DNA from: an uncultured Rhodobacterales bacterium
GTDB lineage: Bacteria; Pseudomonadota; Alphaproteobacteria; Rhodobacterales; Rhodobacteraceae
Length of the DNA stretch: 64,000 nt
Reading direction: 5' to 3'
NCBI GenBank assembly: GCA_964542095.1
Contig: CAZITF010000001.1
Span: 21,046 to 85,045, forward strand
The notes beneath the pieces were generated by a model. That model was not told the DNA's origin and searched no databases. It worked only from the letters and a program-made list of their open reading frames with translations. Position numbers and translations under genes: made by a program. Positions 9,518 through 19,180 of the stretch are shown in pieces. Numbering within the stretch: the first letter of the stretch is position 1; every line of letters begins with the position of its first letter.

Positions 9518-10186
9518 ATGTTGAAAGAACACTCTTGGCGCACGGCATTTCCGGGGCTGGCGGGGATTTCCGATGACCTGTCGGATCTGCTGGACCGCAA
9601 TGCGCGCCGGGTCTCGTTGCATAAGGGCACGCAGATATTCGGGCCTGGCAAGCCAGCGGAAAACCTGTTGCTGCTGGTGTCCGGCACCGTGCGGGTGCAG
9701 CAACTGTCCGAAGCGGGCCGCGAGATTGTCCTGTACCGCGTCCATGCCGGGGAAAGCTGTGTGCTGACCACCGCCTGCCTGCTGGCCTTTGAAGATTATT
9801 CGGCCGAAGGCATAGCCGAGACGGATATCGATGCCATCCTGATTCCGCGCGATACGTTCGACCAGATGATGGCCCAGTCCAAGCCGTTCAGGGCCTTTGT
9901 CTTCGAGGCCTATTCCAAACGTATCACCGAACTTTTCATGGTGATCGAAGAGATCGCGTTCAAGCGCATGGACATCCGTGTGGCGCAAAAGTTGCTGGAG
10001 TTGCAAGGGGATGACCGGATGCTGCACCTGACCCATCAGCAATTGGCGGTCGAACTGGGTACCGCGCGCGAAGTGATTTCGCGCCAGCTCAAGGAATTCG
10101 AACGTCGTGGTTGGGTGACCCTGACCCGGGGCCAGATCGAGTTGCGAGACGCCGCGGCCATGGAACGGCTGGCGCATTCGCCCTGA
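9518..10186 (+). CDS. Crp/Fnr family transcriptional regulator (no N-terminal Fe-S Cys cluster)
   Basis: cNMP-like domain (GTVRV..GREIVLY..GESC) and HTH LTHQQLAVELGTAREVISR. Confidence 0.93.
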   Translation: MLKEHSWRTAFPGLAGISDDLSDLLDRNARRVSLHKGTQIFGPGKPAENLLLLVSGTVRVQQLSEAGREIVLYRVHAGESCVLTTACLLAFEDYSAEGIAETDIDAILIPRDTFDQMMAQSKPFRAFVFEAYSKRITELFMVIEEIAFKRMDIRVAQKLLELQGDDRMLHLTHQQLAVELGTAREVISRQLKEFERRGWVTLTRGQIELRDAAAMERLAHSP

Positions 10187-10198
10187 AAAACGCGCGGA

Positions 10199-10213
10199 TG
10201 TGACAAGGTCACA
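10199..10213. promoter_or_regulatory. CRP-like palindrome, putative site of the adjacent Crp/Fnr protein
   Basis: TGTGAC-AAG-GTCACA, about 60 bp upstream of the DUF2892 gene. Confidence 0.6.
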
Positions 10214-10273
10214 GACATACGGGCCGATATGCGCGCAAATGGATCGGCAAACCATTCGTGAAAGGAACGCGTC

Positions 10274-10486
10274 ATGACTGCCAATGTCGGAACGATCGAC
10301 CGCCTGCTGCGCGCTGTGCTGGGCCTTGTACTGATCTTTTTTCCGCTTTTGAACATGCCTGCCATTTGGTCCAGCGGCCTGCTGGCCTATGCCAGCATGG
10401 CCGTCGGGCTGGTGCTGGTGTTGACCGCACTTGTGCGGTTCTGCCCGCTCTATCGCGTCCTCGGTTTTTCCACGTGCAGGCTCTGA
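10274..10486 (+). CDS. DUF2892 (YgaP-like) small membrane protein
   Basis: NVGTIDRLLR...TALVRFCPLYRVLGFSTC. Confidence 0.9.
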   Translation: MTANVGTIDRLLRAVLGLVLIFFPLLNMPAIWSSGLLAYASMAVGLVLVLTALVRFCPLYRVLGFSTCRL

Positions 10487-10489
10487 GCG

Positions 10490-10921
10490 ATGGAGACGGT
10501 TTTCACTCCTCTCGCCTCCCTGGTGGGCGGCGTCCTGATCGGGCTGGCCGCGGTGGCGCTGATGCTGGTGCGTGGCCGGATCATGGGAGCCACCGGCATT
10601 CTCGCCGGAGCTCTCTGGCCCGCAAGCCGATCCGACTGGACCTGGCGCGCTGCGCTGCTGGCGGGGATGCTGACCGGGCCCTGGGTCTATCTGCTGTTTG
10701 CTGGGCGTCTGCCTGAGATCGTTGTGCCTTCCACAACGCCGATGCTGGCGCTGGGCGGTCTGCTGGTCGGCATCGGTGTGACGCTGGGCAGTGGCTGCAC
10801 CTCGGGGCACGGTGTCTGTGGCATGGCGCGCCTGTCGCTCCGCTCCTTTGCCGCGACTGCCACATTCATGCTGACGACGGGCCTCACGGTCTACGTGCTG
10901 CGCCATGTGTTTGGGGGATAG
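10490..10921 (+). CDS. YeeE/YedE family sulfur transporter subunit
   Basis: GGVLIG, GRIMGATGI, GSGCTSGHGVCG. Confidence 0.92.
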   Translation: METVFTPLASLVGGVLIGLAAVALMLVRGRIMGATGILAGALWPASRSDWTWRAALLAGMLTGPWVYLLFAGRLPEIVVPSTTPMLALGGLLVGIGVTLGSGCTSGHGVCGMARLSLRSFAATATFMLTTGLTVYVLRHVFGG

Positions 10922-10924
10922 AAC

Positions 10925-11371
10925 ATGCGCACCTTTCTGACTTTTCTCATCGGCGTCGTCTTTGGCACCGGCATTGTGGTGTCCGGCATGGCCAACCCGG
11001 CCAAGGTCATCAATTTCTTCGATGTGGCGGGGAGTTGGGATGCAAGCCTTGCCTTTGTGATGGGCGGGGCGGTGATCACCACATTCATCGGCTACAGGCT
11101 GGTGTTGCGGCGCCCGGCGCCGATTTATGGACCGGTCTTTGAAGTGCCACAAAACCGAAGCCTCGATGCCCGACTGCTGGTCGGGGCGGGTATATTTGGC
11201 ATCGGCTGGGGGATTGCGGGGTTTTGTCCGGGCGGGGCGCTGCCTGCCTTGGGCACCCTGAACAATCAAGTGATCATATTCGTCGCGGCCCTGATCGCTG
11301 GCATGCTGGCCACCCGTTTCGTGCTGGTACGGCGTGCCCCGCGCCCGCCAAGCGCCCATCCGGCCGTGTAG
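10925..11371 (+). CDS. YeeE/YedE family partner subunit
   Basis: SGMANPAKVINFFD, FGIGWGIAGFCPG. Confidence 0.9.
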   Translation: MRTFLTFLIGVVFGTGIVVSGMANPAKVINFFDVAGSWDASLAFVMGGAVITTFIGYRLVLRRPAPIYGPVFEVPQNRSLDARLLVGAGIFGIGWGIAGFCPGGALPALGTLNNQVIIFVAALIAGMLATRFVLVRRAPRPPSAHPAV

Positions 11372-11384
11372 GGCCGCTCGCGCC

Positions 11385-11768
11385 CTACGTCTGGATCGCT
11401 TCGAGATAGTCCAGGAGGTCTTCGAAATCCGCTTCGAGCACTTCGCCATCCGCGCCGCCATCGGGATAGACATGGCGCAATCCTGTGCGGGCAAATTCGG
11501 GCATGGGTGAATCCGGATCAGTGCGGGCCAACTGGCCCAGCACGAACCGCCGCACGAATTCGCGCGGGAAAAACCCGTCGTTCTGCGCGCGCAAGCCAGT
11601 CAGGTCTGGCGCCGTTCCCGCCGCCTCGGTCCCGTGGCATTGCGCACATTCCTTGGCAAAGACAGCCTGTCCGCGGGTTACGGACTGTGCGTTGTCCGTG
11701 CCCCCTGCTGCGCAGGCCGAAAGGGCGGTTGCCGACACAAAAAGCACTGTGACAGGACGGAATGGCAT
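11385..11768 (-). CDS. Monoheme c-type cytochrome, probable lipoprotein
   Basis: Lipobox LSAC, CAQCH heme motif, distal SPMP Met. Confidence 0.82.
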   Translation of the reverse strand: MPFRPVTVLFVSATALSACAAGGTDNAQSVTRGQAVFAKECAQCHGTEAAGTAPDLTGLRAQNDGFFPREFVRRFVLGQLARTDPDSPMPEFARTGLRHVYPDGGADGEVLEADFEDLLDYLEAIQT

Positions 11769-11848
11769 GGCTGATTTCCTTGGTTTGTTCCAGGGACCGA
11801 ACCTGTGGCCGGTCGGAACATTGCTTGCACAGCGTTTCGAACGCGGCA

Positions 11849-11911
11849 TTGACCTTTATCAAAGCAGTGTGCGTGTTTGCCCGCGATGAGGCGGCAATTG
11901 ATTTGCGTCAA
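11849..11911. promoter_or_regulatory. Pair of FNR/FixK-type boxes between cytochrome c and phaC
   Basis: TTGACCTTTATCAA (11849-11862) and TTGATTTGCGTCAA (11898-11911). Confidence 0.82.
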
Positions 11912-11979
11912 GGGAGGACTGCGCGAACTGCGCGACAAACAGGCCAGTGATTGCGTTTCGCGTCAGAAAGGTCATCGTC

Positions 11980-13833
11980 ATGGCAGTTGCAGGCAAATGC
12001 GACCCGACCCCTCTAGCAGTCGTGTCCAGCGACGCTCGGAACTCCGCGTCGTCTGAAAACGATGATCCTGTTCCGCACGCGTGCGTCTCCGAGGGACCCG
12101 AGCCGAACTACCGCCTGGAGGAGCATCTGGATCAGTTGATTCACGCCGGGACCGCCCGGATGACGGGTGGCATTTCTCCGAGTGCGCTGTGGGAGGCCTA
12201 TGCCGACTGGGCGGTGCATATGGCGACCTCGCCCGGAAAACAGGCGCAGCTGATGCAGAAGGCCATGCGCAAGTCTCACAAGCTGATGCGTTTTGCCCGG
12301 ACGTGCCTCACGCAGGAGGACGATCCGTCGGCCTGCACCGTACCCCTGCCGCAAGACAAGCGTTTCGCTGATCCGGCGTGGCGCACATGGCCGTTCAGCT
12401 TTTATGCGCAGTCCTTCCTGCTGGGACAGCAATGGTGGCACAATGCAATGACCGAAGTGCGCGGGGTCACCCGGCAGCACGAAGAGGTGGTGAATTTCGT
12501 GACCCGCCAGATGCTGGATGTGTTTTCGCCCTCAAATTCCCTGCTGACCAATCCCGAAGTGCTTGGTGCCACGATGCGCGAGGGCGGGCAGAACCTTGTG
12601 CGCGGGTTCCAGAACCTTGTCGAGGATCTGGAACGGGCCGAGGCGGGCAGACCCGTGGCGGGGCTGGATCAGTTCAAGGTCGGCGAAAACATGGCCACGA
12701 CGCCGGGCAAGGTGGTGTTTCGCAACGCACTGATGGAATTGATCCAATATGCGCCAACGACGGATATGGTGCATCCCGAACCCATTCTGATCGTGCCGGC
12801 CTGGATCATGAAATACTACATCCTCGATCTGACGGCGGAAAACTCGCTGGTCAAATTCCTGACCGATCAGGGTTTCAGCGTCTTTATCATCTCGTGGAAA
12901 AACCCGGATGCCGCGGACCGCAATGTCAGCTTTGATGATTATCGCACCGGGGGTGTTCTGGCCGCGCTGGACGCTGTGCAGACCATCACCAAAAGGGATC
13001 AAATCCACGGTGTCGGCTATTGCCTCGGGGGTACGTTGCTGGCCATCACCGCCGCTGCGATGGCACGCGATGAGGATGGGCGGTTTTGCGACCTTTCCTT
13101 TTTTGCGGCCCAGACCGATTTCACCGAAGCCGGTGAATTGATGCTGTTCATCAACGAAAGCCAGATCACCTTTCTGGAAGATATGATGGCCGAGCAGGGC
13201 TATCTCGACACCAAGCAGATGGCCGGAGCATTTCAGGTTCTGCGCTCGAACGACCTGATCTGGTCCAAGATCATCCACGAATACCTGCTGGGCAAGCGCA
13301 AGGCCGCCAACGCGCTGATGGCGTGGAACGCTGATGCCACGCGTCTGCCTGCCCGCATGCACAGCGAGTACTTGCGTCGGCTTTTCCTGGGCAATGATTT
13401 CTCGGAAGGGCGATACAAGGTCGCGGGTGGCACCGTGGCATTGTCGGACATCAACGTTCCGATCTTTGCCGTGGGCACCGAATGGGATCACGTCGCCCCG
13501 TGGCGTTCGGTTCACAAGTTTCATCTTTTTGCGGATAGCGAGGTGACGTTTGCGCTGACAAATGGCGGACACAATGCCGGAATCGTTTCCGAAGTGGGCC
13601 ACCCGGGCCGCCATTTCCGGATCGCGACAAGGCACGAGCATGATCGTTATCACGACCCCGATCGCTGGTTTGCGGAGAACGCGCCGCAAGAGGGGTCCTG
13701 GTGGCCGTCCTTTGCGCAATGGCTGTCCGACCGGTCCGGCCCCAGGGACGACGCCTTGCCGCAGATGGGCGCGCCGGAGGCCGGATTGCCACCCTTGTGC
13801 GATGCGCCTGGTGTTTATGTTCTGCAGCCGTGA
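11980..13833 (+). CDS. phaC: Class I poly(3-hydroxyalkanoate) synthase
   Basis: DKRF..W, TPGKVVFRN, IMKYYILDL, lipase box GYCLGG, DHVAPW, GGHNAG; start uncertain (11947 GTG or 11980 ATG). Confidence 0.93.
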   Translation: MAVAGKCDPTPLAVVSSDARNSASSENDDPVPHACVSEGPEPNYRLEEHLDQLIHAGTARMTGGISPSALWEAYADWAVHMATSPGKQAQLMQKAMRKSHKLMRFARTCLTQEDDPSACTVPLPQDKRFADPAWRTWPFSFYAQSFLLGQQWWHNAMTEVRGVTRQHEEVVNFVTRQMLDVFSPSNSLLTNPEVLGATMREGGQNLVRGFQNLVEDLERAEAGRPVAGLDQFKVGENMATTPGKVVFRNALMELIQYAPTTDMVHPEPILIVPAWIMKYYILDLTAENSLVKFLTDQGFSVFIISWKNPDAADRNVSFDDYRTGGVLAALDAVQTITKRDQIHGVGYCLGGTLLAITAAAMARDEDGRFCDLSFFAAQTDFTEAGELMLFINESQITFLEDMMAEQGYLDTKQMAGAFQVLRSNDLIWSKIIHEYLLGKRKAANALMAWNADATRLPARMHSEYLRRLFLGNDFSEGRYKVAGGTVALSDINVPIFAVGTEWDHVAPWRSVHKFHLFADSEVTFALTNGGHNAGIVSEVGHPGRHFRIATRHEHDRYHDPDRWFAENAPQEGSWWPSFAQWLSDRSGPRDDALPQMGAPEAGLPPLCDAPGVYVLQP

Positions 13834-13974
13834 TATCGGGTCGGCAGGCCGGGGCAATCCGCATTGCGCGCGCCCGATCGGATTTGCCGCGTGGCGCGGG
13901 GTCTGGTGTGCCGCATGCGGCAGAACGCGGGTTTTCGAAACCGGCCATTTTTCACCCCGAAATCCGTGAGTCAT

Positions 13975-15372
13975 ATGCAGTTCATTGAAAACAAGACATT
14001 TGACGAGATCGCTTTAGGGGATTCCGCCGAACTGGTGCGCACGTTGCGTCATGATGACATCGAGCTGTTTGCGGTGATGTCCGGCGATATGAACCCCGCC
14101 CATATGGACGAGGCCTATGCCAGGTCCGACATTTTTCACAAGGTCATCGCCCATGGGATGTGGGGCGGTGCGCTGATCTCGGCGGTGCTGGGCACAGAAC
14201 TGCCGGGGCCGGGGACGATATACCTTGATCAGTCGCTGAAATTCCTGTGCCCGGTGGGCCTCGGCGATACTGTCACGGTGCGCGTCGAGGTCATCGAAAA
14301 ACAACCCGAAGGGCACCGCGTTCGTCTGCGCTGCCATTGTTTCAACCAGGACGGTCAGGACGTGATCACCGGAGAGGCACTGGTGATCGCGCCGACGCTC
14401 AAGGTGAGGCGACCCCGTGTCGGCTTGCCTGAGGTGCATCTGCACGAACAGGGCGCGCAGAACCGTCGCCTGATCGCGGCCACCCGCGATCTGGATCCGA
14501 TCCGAACGGCGGTGGTCCACCCGTGCGACGCGCTGTCCCTGACCGGGGCGTTGGCGGCGCGCGACGCGGGGCTGATCCTGCCGGTTCTCGTGGGTCCCAG
14601 GGCCAGGATCGAAGCGGCTGCCACAGAGGCGGAGCAATCCCTGGACGGTGTCGATCTGATCGACGTGCCCCACAGTCATGCGGCGGCAGAAACCTCTGTC
14701 GCGCTGGTGCGGCAGGGCAAGGCGCAGGCCATCATGAAAGGCAAGCTGCATACCGACGAGTTGATGCGACCGATCATCGAGCGCACCACCGGGATCAGGA
14801 CGGAACGTCGCATGAGCCATATCTTTGTTCTTGACGTACCGAGCTATCCCAAACCGCTGCTGGTGACGGATGCGGCGATCAACATTTATCCGAGCCTCGA
14901 TGACAAACGCGGCATCGTCCAGAACGCCATCGATCTGGCCCACGCTCTGGACATCGAACGACCTAAAGTGGCCGTTCTTTCGGCGGTGGAAACCGTCACC
15001 CCCGCGATCGCCTCGACCGTGGATGCGGCATCCTTGTGCAAGATGGCGGATCGGGGCCAGATCACGGGCGGCGTTCTTGATGGGCCACTGGCCTTTGACA
15101 ACGCCATCTCGAGTGCGGCGGCACGGATCAAGGGCATCGCCTCGGAAGTGGCGGGGCAGGCCGATGTCCTTGTGGTTCCCGACCTCGAAGCCGGCAACAT
15201 GCTGGCCAAACAGCTGATTTACCTGGCCGGCGCCGAAGCTGCTGGCATCGTGATCGGTGCGCGTGTTCCAATCATCCTGACCAGCCGGGCTGACAGTACG
15301 CCATCGCGTCTGGCCTCTTGCGCCATTGCGCAGCTTTATGTTCATCACCGTGCGGGAACAGCCCATGATTGA
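13975..15372 (+). CDS. Bifunctional MaoC-type (R)-enoyl-CoA hydratase / phosphate acyltransferase
   Basis: N-terminal FAVMSGDMNPAH..AHGM..LPGPG (MaoC); C-terminal IMKGKLHTD, DGPLAFDNAIS, ILTSRAD (Pta/Ptb). Confidence 0.93.
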   Translation: MQFIENKTFDEIALGDSAELVRTLRHDDIELFAVMSGDMNPAHMDEAYARSDIFHKVIAHGMWGGALISAVLGTELPGPGTIYLDQSLKFLCPVGLGDTVTVRVEVIEKQPEGHRVRLRCHCFNQDGQDVITGEALVIAPTLKVRRPRVGLPEVHLHEQGAQNRRLIAATRDLDPIRTAVVHPCDALSLTGALAARDAGLILPVLVGPRARIEAAATEAEQSLDGVDLIDVPHSHAAAETSVALVRQGKAQAIMKGKLHTDELMRPIIERTTGIRTERRMSHIFVLDVPSYPKPLLVTDAAINIYPSLDDKRGIVQNAIDLAHALDIERPKVAVLSAVETVTPAIASTVDAASLCKMADRGQITGGVLDGPLAFDNAISSAAARIKGIASEVAGQADVLVVPDLEAGNMLAKQLIYLAGAEAAGIVIGARVPIILTSRADSTPSRLASCAIAQLYVHHRAGTAHD

Positions 15373-16549
15373 CGCCATCCTGACCCTCAATTCAGGTTCG
15401 TCCAGCATCAAGTTCGCTCTGTTCGAGGCGGACGGCGGTTCCGACATCCCAAGGATTGTGGGCAAGATACGTGGCATCGGGACACAGCCTGTTTTTGCTG
15501 CGGTGGGGGCGGACGGGCACCCGCTTGCGCCCGACGGGTTGGCGCGGATCGACGCTGGCGCGGGTCATGACACGTTGATCGGGGCGTTGCTGGGCTGGAT
15601 CGACAACCATGACGACGGGTTTCGTCTGGTCATGGCCGGTCATCGGGTGGTCCATGGCGGTCGGACCTACATGGGGCCGGTCGAGATCAACCGTGACATC
15701 GTCGCGGACCTCGCGCGTCTCGCCCCGCTTGCCCCGATGCACCAGCCTCACAGCCTGGCCGCGATCAAGGCGATGGCGGCGGCCAGCCCCGGTTTGCGCC
15801 AGATTGCCTGTTTCGACACGAGCTTTCACCGCACCCAACCCAGCGTGGCGCAAAGTTTTGCCTTGCCCCGGCACCTGACAGAGGCGGGTGTCCTGAAATA
15901 CGGCTTTCACGGGCTGTCTTATGAATATATCGCCAGCGTCCTGCCCGAACAGATGCCCACCGTTGCCGCAGGGCGGGTCGTCGTTGCGCATCTTGGCAGC
16001 GGGGCCAGCCTGTGCGCGATGAAGGATCGGTGCAGCGTGGCCACAACCATGGGCTTTACCGCCCTTGACGGGCTGGTCATGGGGCGGCGTCCGGGGCGGC
16101 TTGATTGCGGTGTGGTGTTGTACCTGCTGCAAGACATGGGCATGAGTCCGGCGGATGTGCAGCATCTGCTTTACCGGCAGTCCGGGCTTTTGGGGGTGTC
16201 GGGCATCAGCAATGACATGCGGGTTCTGCTGGGGTCGTCCGATCCGGCGGCCCGCGCCGCGATCGATTTGTTCTGCTACCGCGCCGCGTCCGAACTTGCC
16301 GGGTTGTGTGTCGCCCTTGGAGGGCTTGATGGAATCGTGTTCACTGCAGGCATAGGCGAGAACGCGCCCGAGATCAGGAAGCGGATTTGCAACCAACTCG
16401 AATGGATGGGCGTGGTTCTGGACGAGACTGCAAACGCGGCGGGCGAGGCGCGCATAAGTGCTGTGTCCTCGAAGGTGACGGTTCACGTCATCGCAACGAA
16501 CGAGGAACTGGTCATCGCGCGCGCCGCGCGAGGGGCTTTGAACAACTGA
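15365..16549 (+). CDS. ackA: Acetate/propionate kinase
   Basis: LNSGSSSIKF, GHRVVHGG, FDTSFH, YGFHGLSY, FTAGIGEN, TNEELVIA. Confidence 0.95.
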   Translation: MIDAILTLNSGSSSIKFALFEADGGSDIPRIVGKIRGIGTQPVFAAVGADGHPLAPDGLARIDAGAGHDTLIGALLGWIDNHDDGFRLVMAGHRVVHGGRTYMGPVEINRDIVADLARLAPLAPMHQPHSLAAIKAMAAASPGLRQIACFDTSFHRTQPSVAQSFALPRHLTEAGVLKYGFHGLSYEYIASVLPEQMPTVAAGRVVVAHLGSGASLCAMKDRCSVATTMGFTALDGLVMGRRPGRLDCGVVLYLLQDMGMSPADVQHLLYRQSGLLGVSGISNDMRVLLGSSDPAARAAIDLFCYRAASELAGLCVALGGLDGIVFTAGIGENAPEIRKRICNQLEWMGVVLDETANAAGEARISAVSSKVTVHVIATNEELVIARAARGALNN

Positions 16550-16754
16550 TGGGGAGGGCAGCGCAGCGACGCACTTGTCCGAACCTGAACCCTGCTGTGC
16601 CGTTCGGGATCAGGTGGTTTCCCTTGCGCCCGAAAGCATCGTCCCAACAGACCGGAGACCGGCCATGCACTGGCATTCGGACCGGACCCTCGATGGGGGC
16701 AGATCCCCTTGGCGCAGGGTGATCTCTGTCATGATCCTGACTTTCGAGGGTTTG

Positions 16755-16945
16755 TCAGTCCGCACGTTCGGTACGATGCCGGGCATCATCCCCGGTGGCT
16801 TGCCCGGTATCGGGTCCACCGTCGAAGTGGCGATGGTCTTGCCTGTTACGCTCGCCATGTCACAGGCGCCGGCCGCCCTGCTGCCGCTGTTCTTGTGGTT
16901 GCGGCGGCGGGCGTGTTGTCGCTGCCTCCGATCCGCAGCATCGAA
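16755..16945 (+). pseudogene. Relic of a tripartite tricarboxylate transporter TctA
   Basis: GTMPGIIPGGLPGIGSTVEVAMVLPVTLAMSQAPAALL resembles the TctA N-terminus (G..PG.G....A..LP.T); the rest is missing. Boundaries approximate. Confidence 0.55.
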
Positions 16946-17429
16946 GTCCGGTCAGCGGCGTGACGACATGAGCGCCGTTTTTCCGATTGCAGTGCGGTCC
17001 GGATTGAAGGCGGGCCTGCCGGTCATTGGCGCATTTGCGCATGTTCCGGCCGGATTGACGGGTATTGGACGCAGTGTGCTGATCAAGCTGGCCCGGTCCA
17101 TGCCGTCGATCCGCGCGCCCGCCACGCACTGGAAATCATGGATTGCCGATTTACATATCGCAGTCAGTGAACTTGTAGCGTCAGACGAGAGGGTCGAGGC
17201 GCGTGTCGCGACCGAAACCTCCTTTCTGGCCCGTTCCGGCAATGCGGCGGGCTATTCTCGCTTGCAGACCGCGCGTGCGTGCCATGATGCCTGGGACAAA
17301 CCAACTGGCATCACCACACCCACGCTGGATTTCGCGGGCATTCGATCTGTGTTGCCCGTCCTGATCCGGTGTCCCCGATCATCGAAGACTGGTCCTGAAG
17401 ACAGCAGACAGTACATGTCGCCCCAGGAA

Positions 17430-17720
17430 ACTGGCCCGTGGATCATGGGGTAGCGCAGTCGCTGACGCGGACAGGCCATGCGACCCACGGGCAAGACATC
17501 GACCCGACACCGTTGCACGGATGCAGAACGAATGTGACCCTATAGAAGCCGAGAACAACGCCGCCGCCCAAAGCGACATTCTTGCCATCGCCGTGTTGAA
17601 TGTGGCCCCAACAGAAATCGCCCTGTCTGGCGATGCCAGTTTGGCGGAACGGTTGTTGCCGGGCGCAAACGTGATGTCCTGCACCACGGTGATCCCGGAA
17701 TTCGCCAGTGAGAGATTGAG
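17430..17720 (+). pseudogene. Relic of an L-threonate dehydrogenase-like (beta-hydroxyacid dehydrogenase) gene
   Basis: HGVAQSLTRTGHATHGQDIDP, then a frameshift to DTVARMQNE..SDILAIAVLNVAPTEIALSGDASLAERLLPGANVMSCTTVIPEFA; resembles the LtnD N-terminal Rossmann domain. Confidence 0.6.
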
Positions 17721-17739
17721 TGGAGATGCGCCGCAATGG

Positions 17740-17930
17740 AATGGCCCGTCTCGACGCGCCTCTTGCTGCAAAGTCAGGCTCGCGGCGGCCTCTGCGGGGG
17801 GCGAGAGGATCAACCCGTCAATCTCGCCATCGGCAATGCCCTTTCCCGGCCAGCCACGGACCCGGGTACAAACTGCGCTGATCCGCTCGGTCACCTCTTT
17901 GGGCAGGCTGTCGCGGTTGATCGGATATGA
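17740..17930 (-). pseudogene. Possible relic of a TetR-family C-terminal domain
   Basis: INRDSLPKEVTERISAVCTRVRGW..GIADGEIDG...PPAEAAASLTL resembles TetR C-terminal helices; no HTH seen. Confidence 0.4.
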
Positions 17931-18035
17931 GTCGAGTGACCCCGGCTATCGCCGCCACTGATCCCGCTGGCAAGGCTGTCGATCGGTGCTCCGGGGCGCT
18001 TGTCCACCTTGGGCGGGCTCTTTTTCAGCAGCCTG

Positions 18036-18704
18036 TTAAACCGCCGGGGGTTTGGCAAAGGGCAGATGCCCGGTCTTGATCCAGACCCTGGCACCCGCAG
18101 CGCCCGCAGTTGCCGACAGGCTATGCCCTTCGGGCAAGCGCAACCACGCGTTTTTTCCCAGTGTGACACCGCTTTCGATCACCTCGCCTTCGACAACCAG
18201 CATCTCGATACCGCCCGGATCGGACCTGGTCAGCCTGGCTCCGGCCTCCAGATGGCTGTAGGTGACAACCTCACGGGCGTCGCGGTGCAGTTCCGCCGTC
18301 GCCACGCCGTCAACTGGCGCGGCCAGTTCTCCGGCCATGTCTTTGCGGAACTGGGTGCGGTCGGCCATATCGAATTGCCACAGCTTGACGAAGATGATGC
18401 AACCGGGTTCGGAGCCGGGCGTGTGCGATGTGGTGGGCGGGTTGCGCACATAGGTGCCCGCAGGGAAATCACCGTGCTCGTCCTGGAACACACCCGCCAG
18501 CACAACGAACTCTTCGCCGCCCGTATGGGTGTGTTCGGAAAAGTGGCTTCCCGGCGCGTAGCGCACGATGGACGTTGCGCGCGCGACCTCGCCGCCGATA
18601 CGGTCCAGCATCCGTCGGTCCACGCCCGGCATCGGCGAGGCAGTCCACGCCAGATCGTCGGACTGCACCACCACGCGCTTGCTGAAATCGGCGTTCAATT
18701 CCAT
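18036..18704 (-). CDS. ChrR-like cupin domain protein
   Basis: [58 protein letters not shown]. Confidence 0.92.
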   Translation of the reverse strand: MELNADFSKRVVVQSDDLAWTASPMPGVDRRMLDRIGGEVARATSIVRYAPGSHFSEHTHTGGEEFVVLAGVFQDEHGDFPAGTYVRNPPTTSHTPGSEPGCIIFVKLWQFDMADRTQFRKDMAGELAAPVDGVATAELHRDAREVVTYSHLEAGARLTRSDPGGIEMLVVEGEVIESGVTLGKNAWLRLPEGHSLSATAGAAGARVWIKTGHLPFAKPPAV

Positions 18705-19180
18705 GTTCTTGTCCTTTTGACCAGAGCGGGTGCGCGTTGAACTGGCAGTGATGGGCTGCCGCAACCCTTGTCCGCCACGCGATGAGATTTGACAAGGAGC
18801 GAAGGATGCCCATCTGCGCATTATCGGCAAGGGCGCGCCGCGCGATGGTGTGGGGCGGACATGAAAAATCGGCCACTGGCAGGGACTTCATAGTTTTTCG
18901 TGCGCCGGGATCACAAAGCATTTGGCGTCGTGGTTTTCCCCTCTAAGCGTGTTGGATGGGACGTCATTGCCACCATCCGGTGCGCCGTGGGTTACTCTGG
19001 CCTCGGTCGTGGGAAACATCGCGGAAACACGGCTGCATGCGTATGTACGGATTTGGCCGGATCGGGGATCGGGTGAGCGCAGCCTTTGCGTGGATGCGCG
19101 AATTGGCGAGACAGGGTAGGAAAGAACTGATCAGGTGAACGTCGACACACCTGCAAAAACCTGCGCGGCAAGCTTCAAGG

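Noticed and set aside
9518-10186. This Crp/Fnr protein as the FnrL/FixK that reads the eight TTGA-N6-TCAA boxes
   Set aside because: No Fe-S Cys cluster, and the Arg-first helix (REVISR) fits a TGTGA site better; the true activator is probably encoded elsewhere. Not formally excluded.
9401-11494. 697-aa minus-strand ORF
   Set aside because: Antisense shadow of four well-supported plus-strand genes; no motifs; a common artefact of high-GC codon bias
16575-17453. 292-aa ORF as a novel gene
   Set aside because: Weak start; a patchwork of relic fragments (TctA-like piece) rather than a coherent protein
18021-18039. TTTTTCAGCAGCCTG-TTAA, reminiscent of an IS5/IS1182-type terminal repeat at a TTAA target
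   Set aside because: No partner end or transposase found and too short to support alone; an ISfinder search would settle it
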